Shown: one piece after another, positions 20,232 through 29,203 of the stretch
How the letters are laid out: each line of letters begins with the position of its first letter
Numbering within the stretch: position 1 is the first letter of the stretch
Source: Candidatus Thorarchaeota archaeon
Lineage (GTDB): Archaea > Asgardarchaeota > Thorarchaeia > Thorarchaeales > Thorarchaeaceae
NCBI GenBank assembly: GCA_020348985.1
Contig: CP070761.1
Span: forward strand, 1,732,591 to 1,796,590
Reading direction: 5' to 3'
DNA: 64,000 nt
Position numbers and translations under genes: made by a program
The notes under the pieces: model-generated
Databases searched by the model: none
Seen by the model: the letters and a program-made list of their open reading frames with translations, nothing else
What the model was told of the DNA's origin: nothing

Positions 20232-20246
20232 GAAAATCCTAATAAC
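20232..20246 (+). promoter_or_regulatory. Putative BRE/TATA promoter for the candidate ncRNA
   Basis: GAAAA followed by CTAATAAC, about 22 nt upstream of the first helix. Confidence 0.45.
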
Positions 20247-20266
20247 TTGAGGTGTTGTGTATCTAC

Positions 20267-20580
20267 TGTCTAGGAGATAGCACTCCCACTTACGAGGGCG
20301 CACTGAGGCTATGCTTGTGAAGTGTTGCGCAAGGGGTGGGTAACAGCCTAGACATTGCCAGTCAAGTACCAAACGGACGAGTCACAACGGACTCGCACAA
20401 TGGGGACTTCAGTCCTTCAGATGAGTCGCGGGTCACCCTGACTTCGTACATTGACTGGCCGGTCGATGTCGGCAATTCCCGCCGCGAGACAACTTGGTGG
20501 AGTCGGATGCAATTTCCGCTGCCGTGATGCCAAGAGTTAGTGTGCTGGGGAACAGGCATCGGCCACCGTATTCTGAATGC
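20267..20580 (+). ncRNA. Unassigned large structured RNA (candidate)
   Basis: About 10 nested or adjacent helices found by eye; non-Watson-Crick pairs read as G-U on the + strand; no credible ORF. Confidence 0.65.
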
Positions 20581-20610
20581 ACATTGCTTCTTCATCCGGT
20601 TACGTCAGTA

Positions 20611-21285
20611 TCAGAACTTGTACTCTCGAGATTCTCCCGGGCTGATGACCTCGACTTTGGTATTCGGTGATTTGTCATTGACGAGTTCAGCAAACTTGCC
20701 AGTATCTGCAGAAATGACAGGAAACGTATCATAGTGCATTGGTACCACAACCTTGGGATTGACAAGCTTCGTGGCAGTTGCCGCTTCCGTCTCTCCCATC
20801 ACGAAGTACGAACCAATTGGGCTGAAGAAGAGATCAATGTTGTAGAGTTCTCCGAAAAGCTGCATATCTGAGAACACCCCAGTATCCCCAGGATGGTAGA
20901 CTGTTCCGCACGGAAACTTCACAATGAACCCCGTAGGAGCGCCAGTGGAGGAGGAGTGAAAAGCATGAACCAAAGTGACTGTGATGTCCTCTACCGTCAC
21001 ACTTCCGCCGATGTTTAGTGTGTGAACATTCTCAACCCCCTCTGACTGGGCTTTTATTCCAAGTTCATTGATCGCGATGAAGGTGGCTCTGGTTTTCTTA
21101 CAGATTTGGATGGCTTCTGCATATCCATGATCTCCATGATCATGTGTAACAAGAACGATATCCGCTGCATCAACTTCTTCAGGTTTCAAAGGAGATGTAG
21201 GTCCTGTCAACCAAGGATCAATGAAGACCGCCTTCTTGCCACATTCAATCTTGAATGATGCATGACCAAGGTACGTAACACGCAT
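20611..21285 (-). CDS. Metallo-beta-lactamase fold hydrolase (UPF0173)
   Basis: LGHASF, THDHGDH, GDT, PMHY. Confidence 0.92.
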   Translation of the reverse strand: MRVTYLGHASFKIECGKKAVFIDPWLTGPTSPLKPEEVDAADIVLVTHDHGDHGYAEAIQICKKTRATFIAINELGIKAQSEGVENVHTLNIGGSVTVEDITVTLVHAFHSSSTGAPTGFIVKFPCGTVYHPGDTGVFSDMQLFGELYNIDLFFSPIGSYFVMGETEAATATKLVNPKVVVPMHYDTFPVISADTGKFAELVNDKSPNTKVEVISPGESREYKF

Positions 21286-21418
21286 TATGGATCAACTCAC
21301 TGGCCAAACCAGGCAATCTCAATAATACATCTTTTCATGGAATTAACGCCGCCCATGTTATTCCATACAGAACACCTTAAAGATTGAATCAGAGCGTACT
21401 GACATAGGAGACTCCAAA

Positions 21419-22321
21419 ATGGGTTTGAAGCCGCATCCTGATTTCTTGCGCACAGGAGAAATCGCCGCCAGAGTTTTGGAAGAAGTATCACCATTGGTCA
21501 AGCCCGGAGTCAAGATAGTCAAGATTTGTGATCTAGCGGAGAAGAAAATCATTGAATTTGGTGGGAGGCCTGCCTTTCCATGCAACGTCTCAATCAATGA
21601 AGAAGCAGCACATTATTCCAGCCCTCATGCCGACAAGAAGACGTTCCCAAGCGCGGGCCTGGTAAAGGTAGACATTGGTTCGCATGTAAATGGACATCTT
21701 TGTGACACAGCACTAACAATCGATCTCGACGGCACCTACGAGAAGTTCGTAGCAGCTTCTGATGAAGCCTTAGAAGCTGCTATCGAAATCATCAGACCTG
21801 GAGTTAAGCTAGGTGAGGTGGGGGCAGTCATTGAAAAAACCATCAAGAAGTATGGTCTTCGGCCTGTGCATCAGTTGTCTGGCCATCAGGTGAAGCCATG
21901 GATTTTGCATGCTGGCAAAAATGTCCCAAACGTACGGATGCACAGAACAGAACCCATGAAGGCCGGTGAAACCTATGCAGTTGAACCATTTGCGACTGAT
22001 GGAAATGGAACAATAAAACACAAGGAAGAATCCTATATATTTGCCAACAACATGTCAAGCAAGAAGAAGCTGGACAAGCTATCGCTTCAGATTCGCAATG
22101 CTGCGAGGCGACGTTTCGGCACGCTTCCTTGGGCATCTAGGTGGCTACACGACGGTAAAATCGATGTAGATGCAGCCATCCATACTCTTACGAGGGCTAG
22201 TGTCATTTCTGGGTACCCCGTTCTGGTCGAGGGCAAGAATGGAATGGTGTCTCAATCAGAACACACCCTTTTCGTATCAGAGGAAGGAGCTATTGTGACG
22301 ACAAGACGCAATGCAAGCTAG
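21419..22321 (+). CDS. map: Type II methionine aminopeptidase, copy 1
   Basis: AAHY, KVD.G.H..G...DTA, GH, EPF, EHT. Confidence 0.93.
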   Translation: MGLKPHPDFLRTGEIAARVLEEVSPLVKPGVKIVKICDLAEKKIIEFGGRPAFPCNVSINEEAAHYSSPHADKKTFPSAGLVKVDIGSHVNGHLCDTALTIDLDGTYEKFVAASDEALEAAIEIIRPGVKLGEVGAVIEKTIKKYGLRPVHQLSGHQVKPWILHAGKNVPNVRMHRTEPMKAGETYAVEPFATDGNGTIKHKEESYIFANNMSSKKKLDKLSLQIRNAARRRFGTLPWASRWLHDGKIDVDAAIHTLTRASVISGYPVLVEGKNGMVSQSEHTLFVSEEGAIVTTRRNAS

Positions 22322-22379
22322 ACCAGCGTATAAGGAATGTCTTAAGAACCGACACCATAGACCGATTCTTGGTGAGTAT

Positions 22380-23273
22380 TTGTCTTCGCTTCCCAATCCC
22401 GCCCACGTGAAAGCTGGCAAGATCGCAGCCAAAGTCTTGGGAGAAATGAAAACAGAAATCAAGCCCGAAGTGAAGATCTACCGACTCTGTGTTCTCGCGG
22501 AGAAGAAGATTCTCAAGTACGGAGGACAGCCAGCATTCCCCACTGGAGTCTCTATCAACCATGTAACCGCACATTACACATCACCCGCGGGAGACCGTTC
22601 CACTGTTCCTGATTGGGGGCTGGTGAAACTTGATGTTGGTGTTCATATCGATGGATACATTGCTGACACAGCGCTCACTGTTGACATTGATGGCTCCCTT
22701 GAGGGTCTTGTGGCAGCCACTAACGACGCTCTTCAAGAAGCAATCATTATGATGAACCCCGGAACGTCCCTCAGTGATGTTGGAAAGAAGATAGAAGATG
22801 TAATCGGTGCATATGGAGTTCGGTCAATAAAGGACATTTGCGGACACGACCTTAAGCGATTCAAATTACATGGAGAAAAGAAGGTTCCTAACGGGAAGAT
22901 GCGCAATGCCGGACTTGTTGAAGTTGGAGAGACATATGCAATAGAGCCGTATGCATCCAGCGGAAGAAGTGTGGTTGATAGCAAGAATGTCTACGTGTTC
23001 TCCAATACAGGAAAAGATGTTGAATTTGAAGGGGTAGAGGAGAAACTGAGAATCTACCTTCGAGAGAAGTATGGACCTTTTCCCTTCGCCTTACGGTGGA
23101 TACGTGCCAAGGAAGACTTGGACATCGTACAGCCCTTCAGAGAACTTCTCAAGCACAAAGCCGTTCGGGGCCACCCTGTCATTGTCGAAAAGAGCGGACG
23201 ACCAGTTGCTCATTCTGAACATACTGTCTTCATTTCTGAGGAAGGTCCGATTGTTCTCACGCAACTTGATTAG
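22380..23273 (+). CDS. map: Type II methionine aminopeptidase, copy 2
   Basis: Same ligand set; TTG start after GGTGA SD. Confidence 0.9.
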   Translation: MSSLPNPAHVKAGKIAAKVLGEMKTEIKPEVKIYRLCVLAEKKILKYGGQPAFPTGVSINHVTAHYTSPAGDRSTVPDWGLVKLDVGVHIDGYIADTALTVDIDGSLEGLVAATNDALQEAIIMMNPGTSLSDVGKKIEDVIGAYGVRSIKDICGHDLKRFKLHGEKKVPNGKMRNAGLVEVGETYAIEPYASSGRSVVDSKNVYVFSNTGKDVEFEGVEEKLRIYLREKYGPFPFALRWIRAKEDLDIVQPFRELLKHKAVRGHPVIVEKSGRPVAHSEHTVFISEEGPIVLTQLD

Positions 23274-23644
23274 ATGGTTATGGTTTGTTCTGGTTCCTCT
23301 CTGACTATGTAGATACCCTCAACTGTCATTCTGCCACCACACTTCGGACAAGGCACATCTACTGGCTTTAGTATGTAATCTCCCTTCTCGAAATCTCGAA
23401 TCTCCTTGAAGGTACACTCTCTGTTGTCGCATCTAATCTCTGTAACAGTCGGAGGTGGAGGTTTCTGTTCTCTCTGTTGTTGTCTGCCACCAGTTATGAG
23501 TGCGAAACCCATTGACATCATCAAGAGACCAAGGAAGAAGTATACGTATGAGAAAATTCCTGTGGTCGGGTCCATTCCGAATATGAGCAATACACCACCG
23601 CTGCCAGCCATTATAACCCCAAGTATTCTCGACATCCATCCCAT
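23270..23644 (-). CDS. Membrane-anchored Zn-ribbon protein
   Basis: Two TM helices, then C-x4-C, R.F..GDYI, CPKC. Confidence 0.8.
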   Translation of the reverse strand: MGWMSRILGVIMAGSGGVLLIFGMDPTTGIFSYVYFFLGLLMMSMGFALITGGRQQQREQKPPPPTVTEIRCDNRECTFKEIRDFEKGDYILKPVDVPCPKCGGRMTVEGIYIVREEPEQTITI

Positions 23645-23654
23645 ACTTTTTCAC

Positions 23655-24785
23655 CTACAGACCAATTCCTATGGTATTGCCTATTCCAGCTAGGATGATC
23701 TTGTCACCTGGCTTTGTTCGTTTCAAGATCGCAGTCTTGATTCTCTCAATGACTTCTGGTAAAGAGTCGATTACCTGTTTTGGTATAACACCAATCGCGG
23801 CAGCTTCATCCTCCTTAATGACAATGGCCTCTATTCCAATGCCATTCTCAGTTGCGGCCTGTTCGATTGCATGTTTCTCAGGTCCAGGGTCTCCGATTGC
23901 AGCACCAGTACCTTCCGAGACTCTACCAAGTTCTTCTCCTTCAAGCTTCAGCGCCGCATCGACAGTGATTATCCTAGCAATCTTCCCCTTGTTCTCCTCA
24001 ACAAGCTTCTTCACCGCGAATCCTGGCTTTCCTACGGTACCTCCGGGTCCAGTAGCCCGAAGAGCGAGAACAGTTCTTTCTTCGAATTCGACCGGATAAT
24101 AGCCTACTTCCCTGCTGATTTCATGTACATACGTATCAGGGGTTGCTCCCTGTTCTCTAGCGAACTTCGTAATAACAAGTGGACCAATACCATCTCCAAT
24201 TGGCTTTCCATCAGAGAAAGCGGCGATTGCATCAAAGTATGCTTTTGCGATACGCAATAGGTCAGGCATCTGCATCTGTATCTGCATGATCATTATTTGG
24301 CTTCCAGTCTTCTTTCCAAGGATGTAGAAGTGCCGTACAATTCTGAAGATTAGGTCCAGAACTTGGGAGACTTCGAGTGTATTCTCCAAAGACTGAACTT
24401 GAATTTCCGTTGCATCTGGTGCAAGTTCAGATACAAACTCTTGGAAGCGGTCTCTCCGATTGTCCAAAAGATGATCCAAACGTTTCAGAATGCCTGCTGG
24501 ATCCAAGTCAACGGGCATAATCGTGAAGTAATCAAGCCATCTGTCGATCTCAGAAGCCACATCTTTCTCAGTCCTTCCATAAATCTTGAAAGTGTCAATA
24601 GCAGTCTGTCTTGATTCCAGCATCATTCGCTTGAGTTCTATCAGTCCAGCCTCGATTTGTTTCAGCCATTGCCACATCTGTATCTTCGCACCATATAGGC
24701 TGAAGATCAGAATGAAGGCGAAGAACGCCAGATTGATAATCCAACTAAAGTCGTTTGTTGGAAGCCCTATTTGCATTGATATCAC
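23655..24785 (-). CDS. DUF1512 family protein
   Basis: PVDLDP.GI, PIGDGIGP, VDAALKLEGE, GIGNTIG. Confidence 0.88.
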   Translation of the reverse strand: MISMQIGLPTNDFSWIINLAFFAFILIFSLYGAKIQMWQWLKQIEAGLIELKRMMLESRQTAIDTFKIYGRTEKDVASEIDRWLDYFTIMPVDLDPAGILKRLDHLLDNRRDRFQEFVSELAPDATEIQVQSLENTLEVSQVLDLIFRIVRHFYILGKKTGSQIMIMQIQMQMPDLLRIAKAYFDAIAAFSDGKPIGDGIGPLVITKFAREQGATPDTYVHEISREVGYYPVEFEERTVLALRATGPGGTVGKPGFAVKKLVEENKGKIARIITVDAALKLEGEELGRVSEGTGAAIGDPGPEKHAIEQAATENGIGIEAIVIKEDEAAAIGVIPKQVIDSLPEVIERIKTAILKRTKPGDKIILAGIGNTIGIGL

Positions 24786-24855
24786 GGCCCTGAACTATGG
24801 TTTTCCTTTAAGGCTAACTATCTCGTCATTTTATTGCCTCAGAAGAAGGAAGAAT

Positions 24856-24973
24856 GTGCCAGCTCAAGGGCTTCTCACGGGCTCGCGCACCGCAGACTTC
24901 CCTTGACGGACATCGGGCTTAACTTCCGAGATCGGAACGAGTTCGGGTGAACCCCGACGCCTATGGCCGGCAT
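24856..24973 (-). rRNA. rrf: 5S rRNA (stand-alone)
   Basis: GGCCAUAG, CCCGAACUCGUUCCGAUCUCGGAAGUUAAGC; terminal helix UGCCGGC/GCUGGCA; TTTAAA promoter upstream. Confidence 0.93.
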
Positions 24974-25064
24974 CGTTTCCGACTTGACTCTGTCGTGTTT
25001 TAAAGCTTGCTCTCTAGCAGATTGGAATTGAATAGCAGCGAGGGGTTTGAAGCACACAATGTTA

Positions 25065-25931
25065 TCAAGTCGATTGAGTTGGAGTAGAGGTTATTCGCCT
25101 CAGCCATCCAAAAGAGAGAGTGATTTTGCCCTTGATGTGCAGTGCTATCAATAGAGTCGTTAAACCTGTAAGCCCAATCAAGCTATAGGCGATTATCAAA
25201 TCAAGCAGAACCACCAAAGGTGCTAAGCCCTGCGTGGAAAGAACTGCCATGTCACTATCTGAAGAGTATGATGATCCGTCGATTCCATAAACCGTGGCGT
25301 TGTCGGGATGCAATCTGTTGTAGTTTTTCTCCAATACAACCTGAATAGGATTGTCGGACATTCTGATTTCGGTTCCATCATCAAAGGTGAAGATCATATC
25401 TATGAACACGAAGGTACCACCAAACTCTGGAAGATAACCGATTACTGCATCGGTTTCTAACAGAATTATCCCTCCAGTTCTTTGACCATCAAAAACAGAA
25501 TCATTCAGCGTAAAGACAGGGATGTCCATCACCAAGTCGTGCTCAATGCCGACACTATCTCTCCATTTAGGATAGAAAGAGAGCTCCTGAAACGAGACAT
25601 CCGAGATTACGGGCCTACCCAGCATTGTCTTTCCATAGTAGAAACCAACAGATGCCATCATATGGTGCTCCTTAGCAGGAGGAAATGCAGTGTGAAGGTA
25701 GTAGAGGGTTGTGAATCTACCTCTAATAATGAAAAGCTCTGTCCCATCTGTCAATCTGAACGAGAACCTGTAGGTAAACTCATCCCTTTGGTACAATTGG
25801 TATGGACGCGATAACACGGAACCAGCCCCTTGATTATCAGCCACAACTCCTTGCGGCATGGATCCAAGGACAATCACAAATGCCAAGATTGCCATCATGA
25901 TGTGTACTGTTCTTACCAAAAGTATCACCAA
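25065..25931 (-). CDS. Hypothetical protein with signal peptide and C-terminal TM
   Basis: 288 aa ORF with terminal hydrophobic segments. Confidence 0.7.
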   Translation of the reverse strand: MVILLVRTVHIMMAILAFVIVLGSMPQGVVADNQGAGSVLSRPYQLYQRDEFTYRFSFRLTDGTELFIIRGRFTTLYYLHTAFPPAKEHHMMASVGFYYGKTMLGRPVISDVSFQELSFYPKWRDSVGIEHDLVMDIPVFTLNDSVFDGQRTGGIILLETDAVIGYLPEFGGTFVFIDMIFTFDDGTEIRMSDNPIQVVLEKNYNRLHPDNATVYGIDGSSYSSDSDMAVLSTQGLAPLVVLLDLIIAYSLIGLTGLTTLLIALHIKGKITLSFGWLRRITSTPTQST

Positions 25932-26050
25932 AGCTTACATGGCAGACTGCCTCATTATCTAAAAAAGGAGTTATGATAGGAGCAATTTTCGCGCGATTAT
26001 GAATTGACTCTTCATTATGCATAACGCAGACCCATCTAGTCAGCTGTTAA

Positions 26051-26185
26051 TGGTGGGGACGGTGGGATTCGAACCCACGATCGACGAGTGTCTTCGACGA
26101 CGGTCTGCGTTTTGACCCCGCATTTCGGACTCGAATTGAGTCCAGATCTGGAGCCCGTCGCCATACCGGGCTAGGCCACGTCCCC
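26051..26185 (-). tRNA. tRNA-Trp(CCA) with 58-nt intron at 37/38 (26090-26147)
   Basis: Cloverleaf GGGGACG/CGTCCCC, T arm GTGGG-TTCGAAT-CCCAC, encoded CCA, relaxed BHB. Confidence 0.93.
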
Positions 26186-26329
26186 ATATCCGAATGAAAC
26201 CAAGAGTCTGTTTCAACGGCTGGCGTCAGCCCCGAGAGCCGATGCTGATAATAAGGTTTCGTCTGTAGTTGCATCTCATACCACTGTCTATATGTGAACA
26301 AGCGAAATGTGTCAATGGAAGTGTGCCTG

Positions 26330-27007
26330 ATGAGCAGCAAAGTCTTTGGGATTGCAGGAGTTGATGAAGCCGGACGAGGCCCAATGATAGGGCCGTTGGT
26401 AGTATGCGGAGTTCTCGTCAATCCTTCAGATTTGCGCAATCTTGAGGCTCTAGGCCTCAAGGACTCAAAAACCCTCAGTTCAAGCCGTCGCGAGCAACTT
26501 GAGCTTAGAATCAGGGACCTTGCTTCCAAGATTGTGTTGCAGACGATTGCTGCATCCGAGATAGATGCACGCCGGCGAAGAGGAACCACATTAAACGAGA
26601 TAGAAGTGGACGCTTTTGCCGCTGTGATACAATCTCTTCGTCCTCTCGAAGTATTTGTCGATGCTGCCGATGTAAATGCTGATAGGTTTGGTGCCGCAAT
26701 CGCAATACGCAGTGGTTTAGCAGCTGAAAAAACTCGATTCATATCAGAACACAAGGCTGATGCAAAATACCCGATCGTGTCCGCTGCTTCTATAGTCGCA
26801 AAGGTGGAGCGTGACAGGAGAATTAGAGAATTGCACGGAGAGTATGGAGACTTTGGCTCTGGTTATCCAAATGACCCAAAATCCATAGACTTCGTTCGAG
26901 GTCTTATGCTAGAAGGACAAGAGATGCCAGATATTGTACGCAGAAGCTGGGAATCTGTAAAAAGAATTCGAAGTGAATTAGGGCAGACCGATCTTAGCCG
27001 CTACTAA
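26330..27007 (+). CDS. rnhB: Ribonuclease HII
   Basis: GVDEAGRGP, DSK, SAASIVAK, GSGYP.D. Confidence 0.96.
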   Translation: MSSKVFGIAGVDEAGRGPMIGPLVVCGVLVNPSDLRNLEALGLKDSKTLSSSRREQLELRIRDLASKIVLQTIAASEIDARRRRGTTLNEIEVDAFAAVIQSLRPLEVFVDAADVNADRFGAAIAIRSGLAAEKTRFISEHKADAKYPIVSAASIVAKVERDRRIRELHGEYGDFGSGYPNDPKSIDFVRGLMLEGQEMPDIVRRSWESVKRIRSELGQTDLSRY

Positions 27008-27969
27008 CCACTTCTTGATCGTTCTTCCATGATTTTCTTCAGGTCTCGAGGTTCGTCGATTTCCTCGAGTTCTACTTGTCTTATCACAGGGATGTCCGAG
27101 AGTGATTCTTCAGCCTTCCCTTCTTCTACGATGATTACAGTATCAGATTCGGTCACGTCCGAGACACTCCGGAGTATCTCAACTCGTTTGTGAAGAACAC
27201 GGCTTCTAAGAGATCCAACTCCAGAAATAACGGCTGGCCCATCCTCTTTCGCTGCGACATGAAATGGAGCTCGATCAGTCCACAGAACTCTCATTCCAAG
27301 ACGCTCGAAGAATTCGTTTACTCTCCGCTCAAGATCAGGAATGGCACGAACACTATCGGGTCTTGTGATGGGCTCGCCCACGAAATCTCTATGCATAACA
27401 TCAATGGGTATGATTAAATCTGTCTCAAGGACTTCCTCTAGTTCATGGGCTATCTCCGTGCTAACGTCCATCTCATTTCGTTCATAAGCTAGAATGGCTC
27501 TTGCAGACACCTGTACACACTCTGCAAGCTCTTCCGTAGTCATGCTCTGCGATAAGCGAGTCTCTCTTAGTCCCTGCCCATCTATCGCAACAAAACGTCC
27601 TCCTCTCTGTATGAACTCTCGAGGCATTTCTTCTTCTGCAATCATTCTGAGGAAACTCTTAGGGGTGATGGATGAGATTCCATACCTTTTGTACAAGACA
27701 CCCTCTTCAAGGATTCCTCTTCGTGTCTTGCCTCCTACAATCAGCGGTGTTGCATTGAAGAAATGTGCAACAAGCTGCAGTGCGTGAGCGTCTTCCTTTG
27801 AAAGTGCATCAATGTTGACCAGGATTTTGATTAGAATGAGCTTGCTTCCCTTTCTTGCCACCAAGTCAAAGCAACTTGGCCTAACATCACATTGAGACGA
27901 CAATGCAAACCCAGCCTGCTCTAGATTATGAACAACATCGTCAATGAGCTGAGTTCGAGCCCTTGTCAT
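27004..27969 (-). CDS. Archaeal HTH transcriptional regulator (COG1395-like)
   Basis: SCFDLVAR, RGG.FV.IDG, central Cro-type HTH. Confidence 0.85.
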   Translation of the reverse strand: MTRARTQLIDDVVHNLEQAGFALSSQCDVRPSCFDLVARKGSKLILIKILVNIDALSKEDAHALQLVAHFFNATPLIVGGKTRRGILEEGVLYKRYGISSITPKSFLRMIAEEEMPREFIQRGGRFVAIDGQGLRETRLSQSMTTEELAECVQVSARAILAYERNEMDVSTEIAHELEEVLETDLIIPIDVMHRDFVGEPITRPDSVRAIPDLERRVNEFFERLGMRVLWTDRAPFHVAAKEDGPAVISGVGSLRSRVLHKRVEILRSVSDVTESDTVIIVEEGKAEESLSDIPVIRQVELEEIDEPRDLKKIMEERSRSG

Positions 27970-28046
27970 CTTCACCAATCATGAAAACAGCACATCTTTC
28001 GCTTTTGAGAGTTGCTGAACGAGCGCCATGGTGAATTCCTTTAACA

Positions 28047-28508
28047 TCATCCGTCTTCACGATCTATGTTTATCGCAAAGCCAAGACAGGTTGTGGAAGG
28101 CAGCTCTCTGCGTAGCACTTGGACCTCAGGTCGGACAAGCTGTTCGACCGGTTTCCATGAATGAAAAGCATCCCATTCTAGGTCAACCTGTCCTACGACC
28201 TCTTGAACGACCTTTCGGACCATAAAGAGGTCGGGCTTCTCGCCAGCAACCGTGTATATTCCCCTGCCAAGATCAATTCGTCTGAGTATTATGATTGGGA
28301 GTCTGATATCACCATGATACTGAGAAGGTATATCCTTCTCCAACCTGGCAAGTTCTTCTTGCCGAAACACGGAAACCTGTCCATCCCTTGTCACATAATG
28401 CGGATCACTTGACTTCAGTAGCTCATCAAGCGGTATTCTCTCTCTAGGCAGATGCTCGTTGGCGGTATCAATATCCCTTTCGATCATCCTCTCAATAAAC
28501 GAGCTCAT
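28047..28508 (-). CDS. DUF61/UPF0216 family protein
   Basis: NEHLP..R..L.ELL, LPIII, LRREL..TT. Confidence 0.8.
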   Translation of the reverse strand: MSSFIERMIERDIDTANEHLPRERIPLDELLKSSDPHYVTRDGQVSVFRQEELARLEKDIPSQYHGDIRLPIIILRRIDLGRGIYTVAGEKPDLFMVRKVVQEVVGQVDLEWDAFHSWKPVEQLVRPEVQVLRRELPSTTCLGFAINIDREDG

Positions 28509-29203
28509 TTGAGGGCCTCCGAAACTCTACAAACCGCCATTGCATGATCTTTCTCAAGGGGATCCAGTCTGACAGTTTCTTGCACTTCAATGCCATATTG
28601 ACTCAGAAGAGCAGATTCCTGTCTATAAACATCATCCACCTTTGATGTTGAGTCCACGCTTCTGGCTTTTATGGCAAGAACTCCCCAAGCTCCATACGTG
28701 CAGAAGGACTTCAGATTTTCATAGAGAATCCTTGCCTGATCTGGCTGTGCCACATCCTGATACACAACGTCAATTGTGCCTGCCACAAACGCAGCATAAC
28801 GGTCAGGGTGCCTTGCATCTTCAACTATCGGAACTATGTTTGAGCGTGTTTCTGAGAGCCTCAAGAGGCCTCTGGCAACACGAGGAGAGAATTCCACTGC
28901 GTATACTATCCCCGTTGGTCCGACTATGTCTGAAACATGGCTCACCGTTGTACCTGTAGAAGCGCCGAGATACAAGACTCTTGACCCCGGTTGTATCGGC
29001 ATTTCTTTCATGCCTTTTTGAATTGCAGCTGCCAGCTTCGAACGACGAGGAGTCCAAATCCTGTAATCTCCATCGTCAGACTTCACAATTCTCTCACCAT
29101 ACACACTCTGATTTGGTACCAAGGAGCGAGTTGACAACCAGTACCTATTGTCTTCAACTACATTGAATATACCACTGAATTTGTGAGGCTGTATAGATGT
29201 CAT
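28505..29203 (-). CDS. flpA: Fibrillarin rRNA 2'-O-methyltransferase
   Basis: VYGE, RSKLAA, LYLGASTGTTVSHVSD, DVAQPDQ. Confidence 0.97.
   Translation of the reverse strand: MTSIQPHKFSGIFNVVEDNRYWLSTRSLVPNQSVYGERIVKSDDGDYRIWTPRRSKLAAAIQKGMKEMPIQPGSRVLYLGASTGTTVSHVSDIVGPTGIVYAVEFSPRVARGLLRLSETRSNIVPIVEDARHPDRYAAFVAGTIDVVYQDVAQPDQARILYENLKSFCTYGAWGVLAIKARSVDSTSKVDDVYRQESALLSQYGIEVQETVRLDPLEKDHAMAVCRVSEALK

Noticed and set aside
20267-20580. RNase P RNA, SRP RNA, hammerhead ribozyme or H/ACA identity for the structured RNA
   Set aside because: No GAGGAAxxUC/ACAxAA P4 elements, no SRP helix-8 motif and no CUGAUGA...GAAA core. The ACA after hairpin 1 lacks a clear K-turn and correct spacing.
26047-26754. 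235-aa minus-strand ORF and similar long shadow ORFs (e.g. 8342-8962, 19091-19618, 58793-59293)
   Set aside because: They are antisense to well-supported genes or run through tRNAs, and have no motifs.
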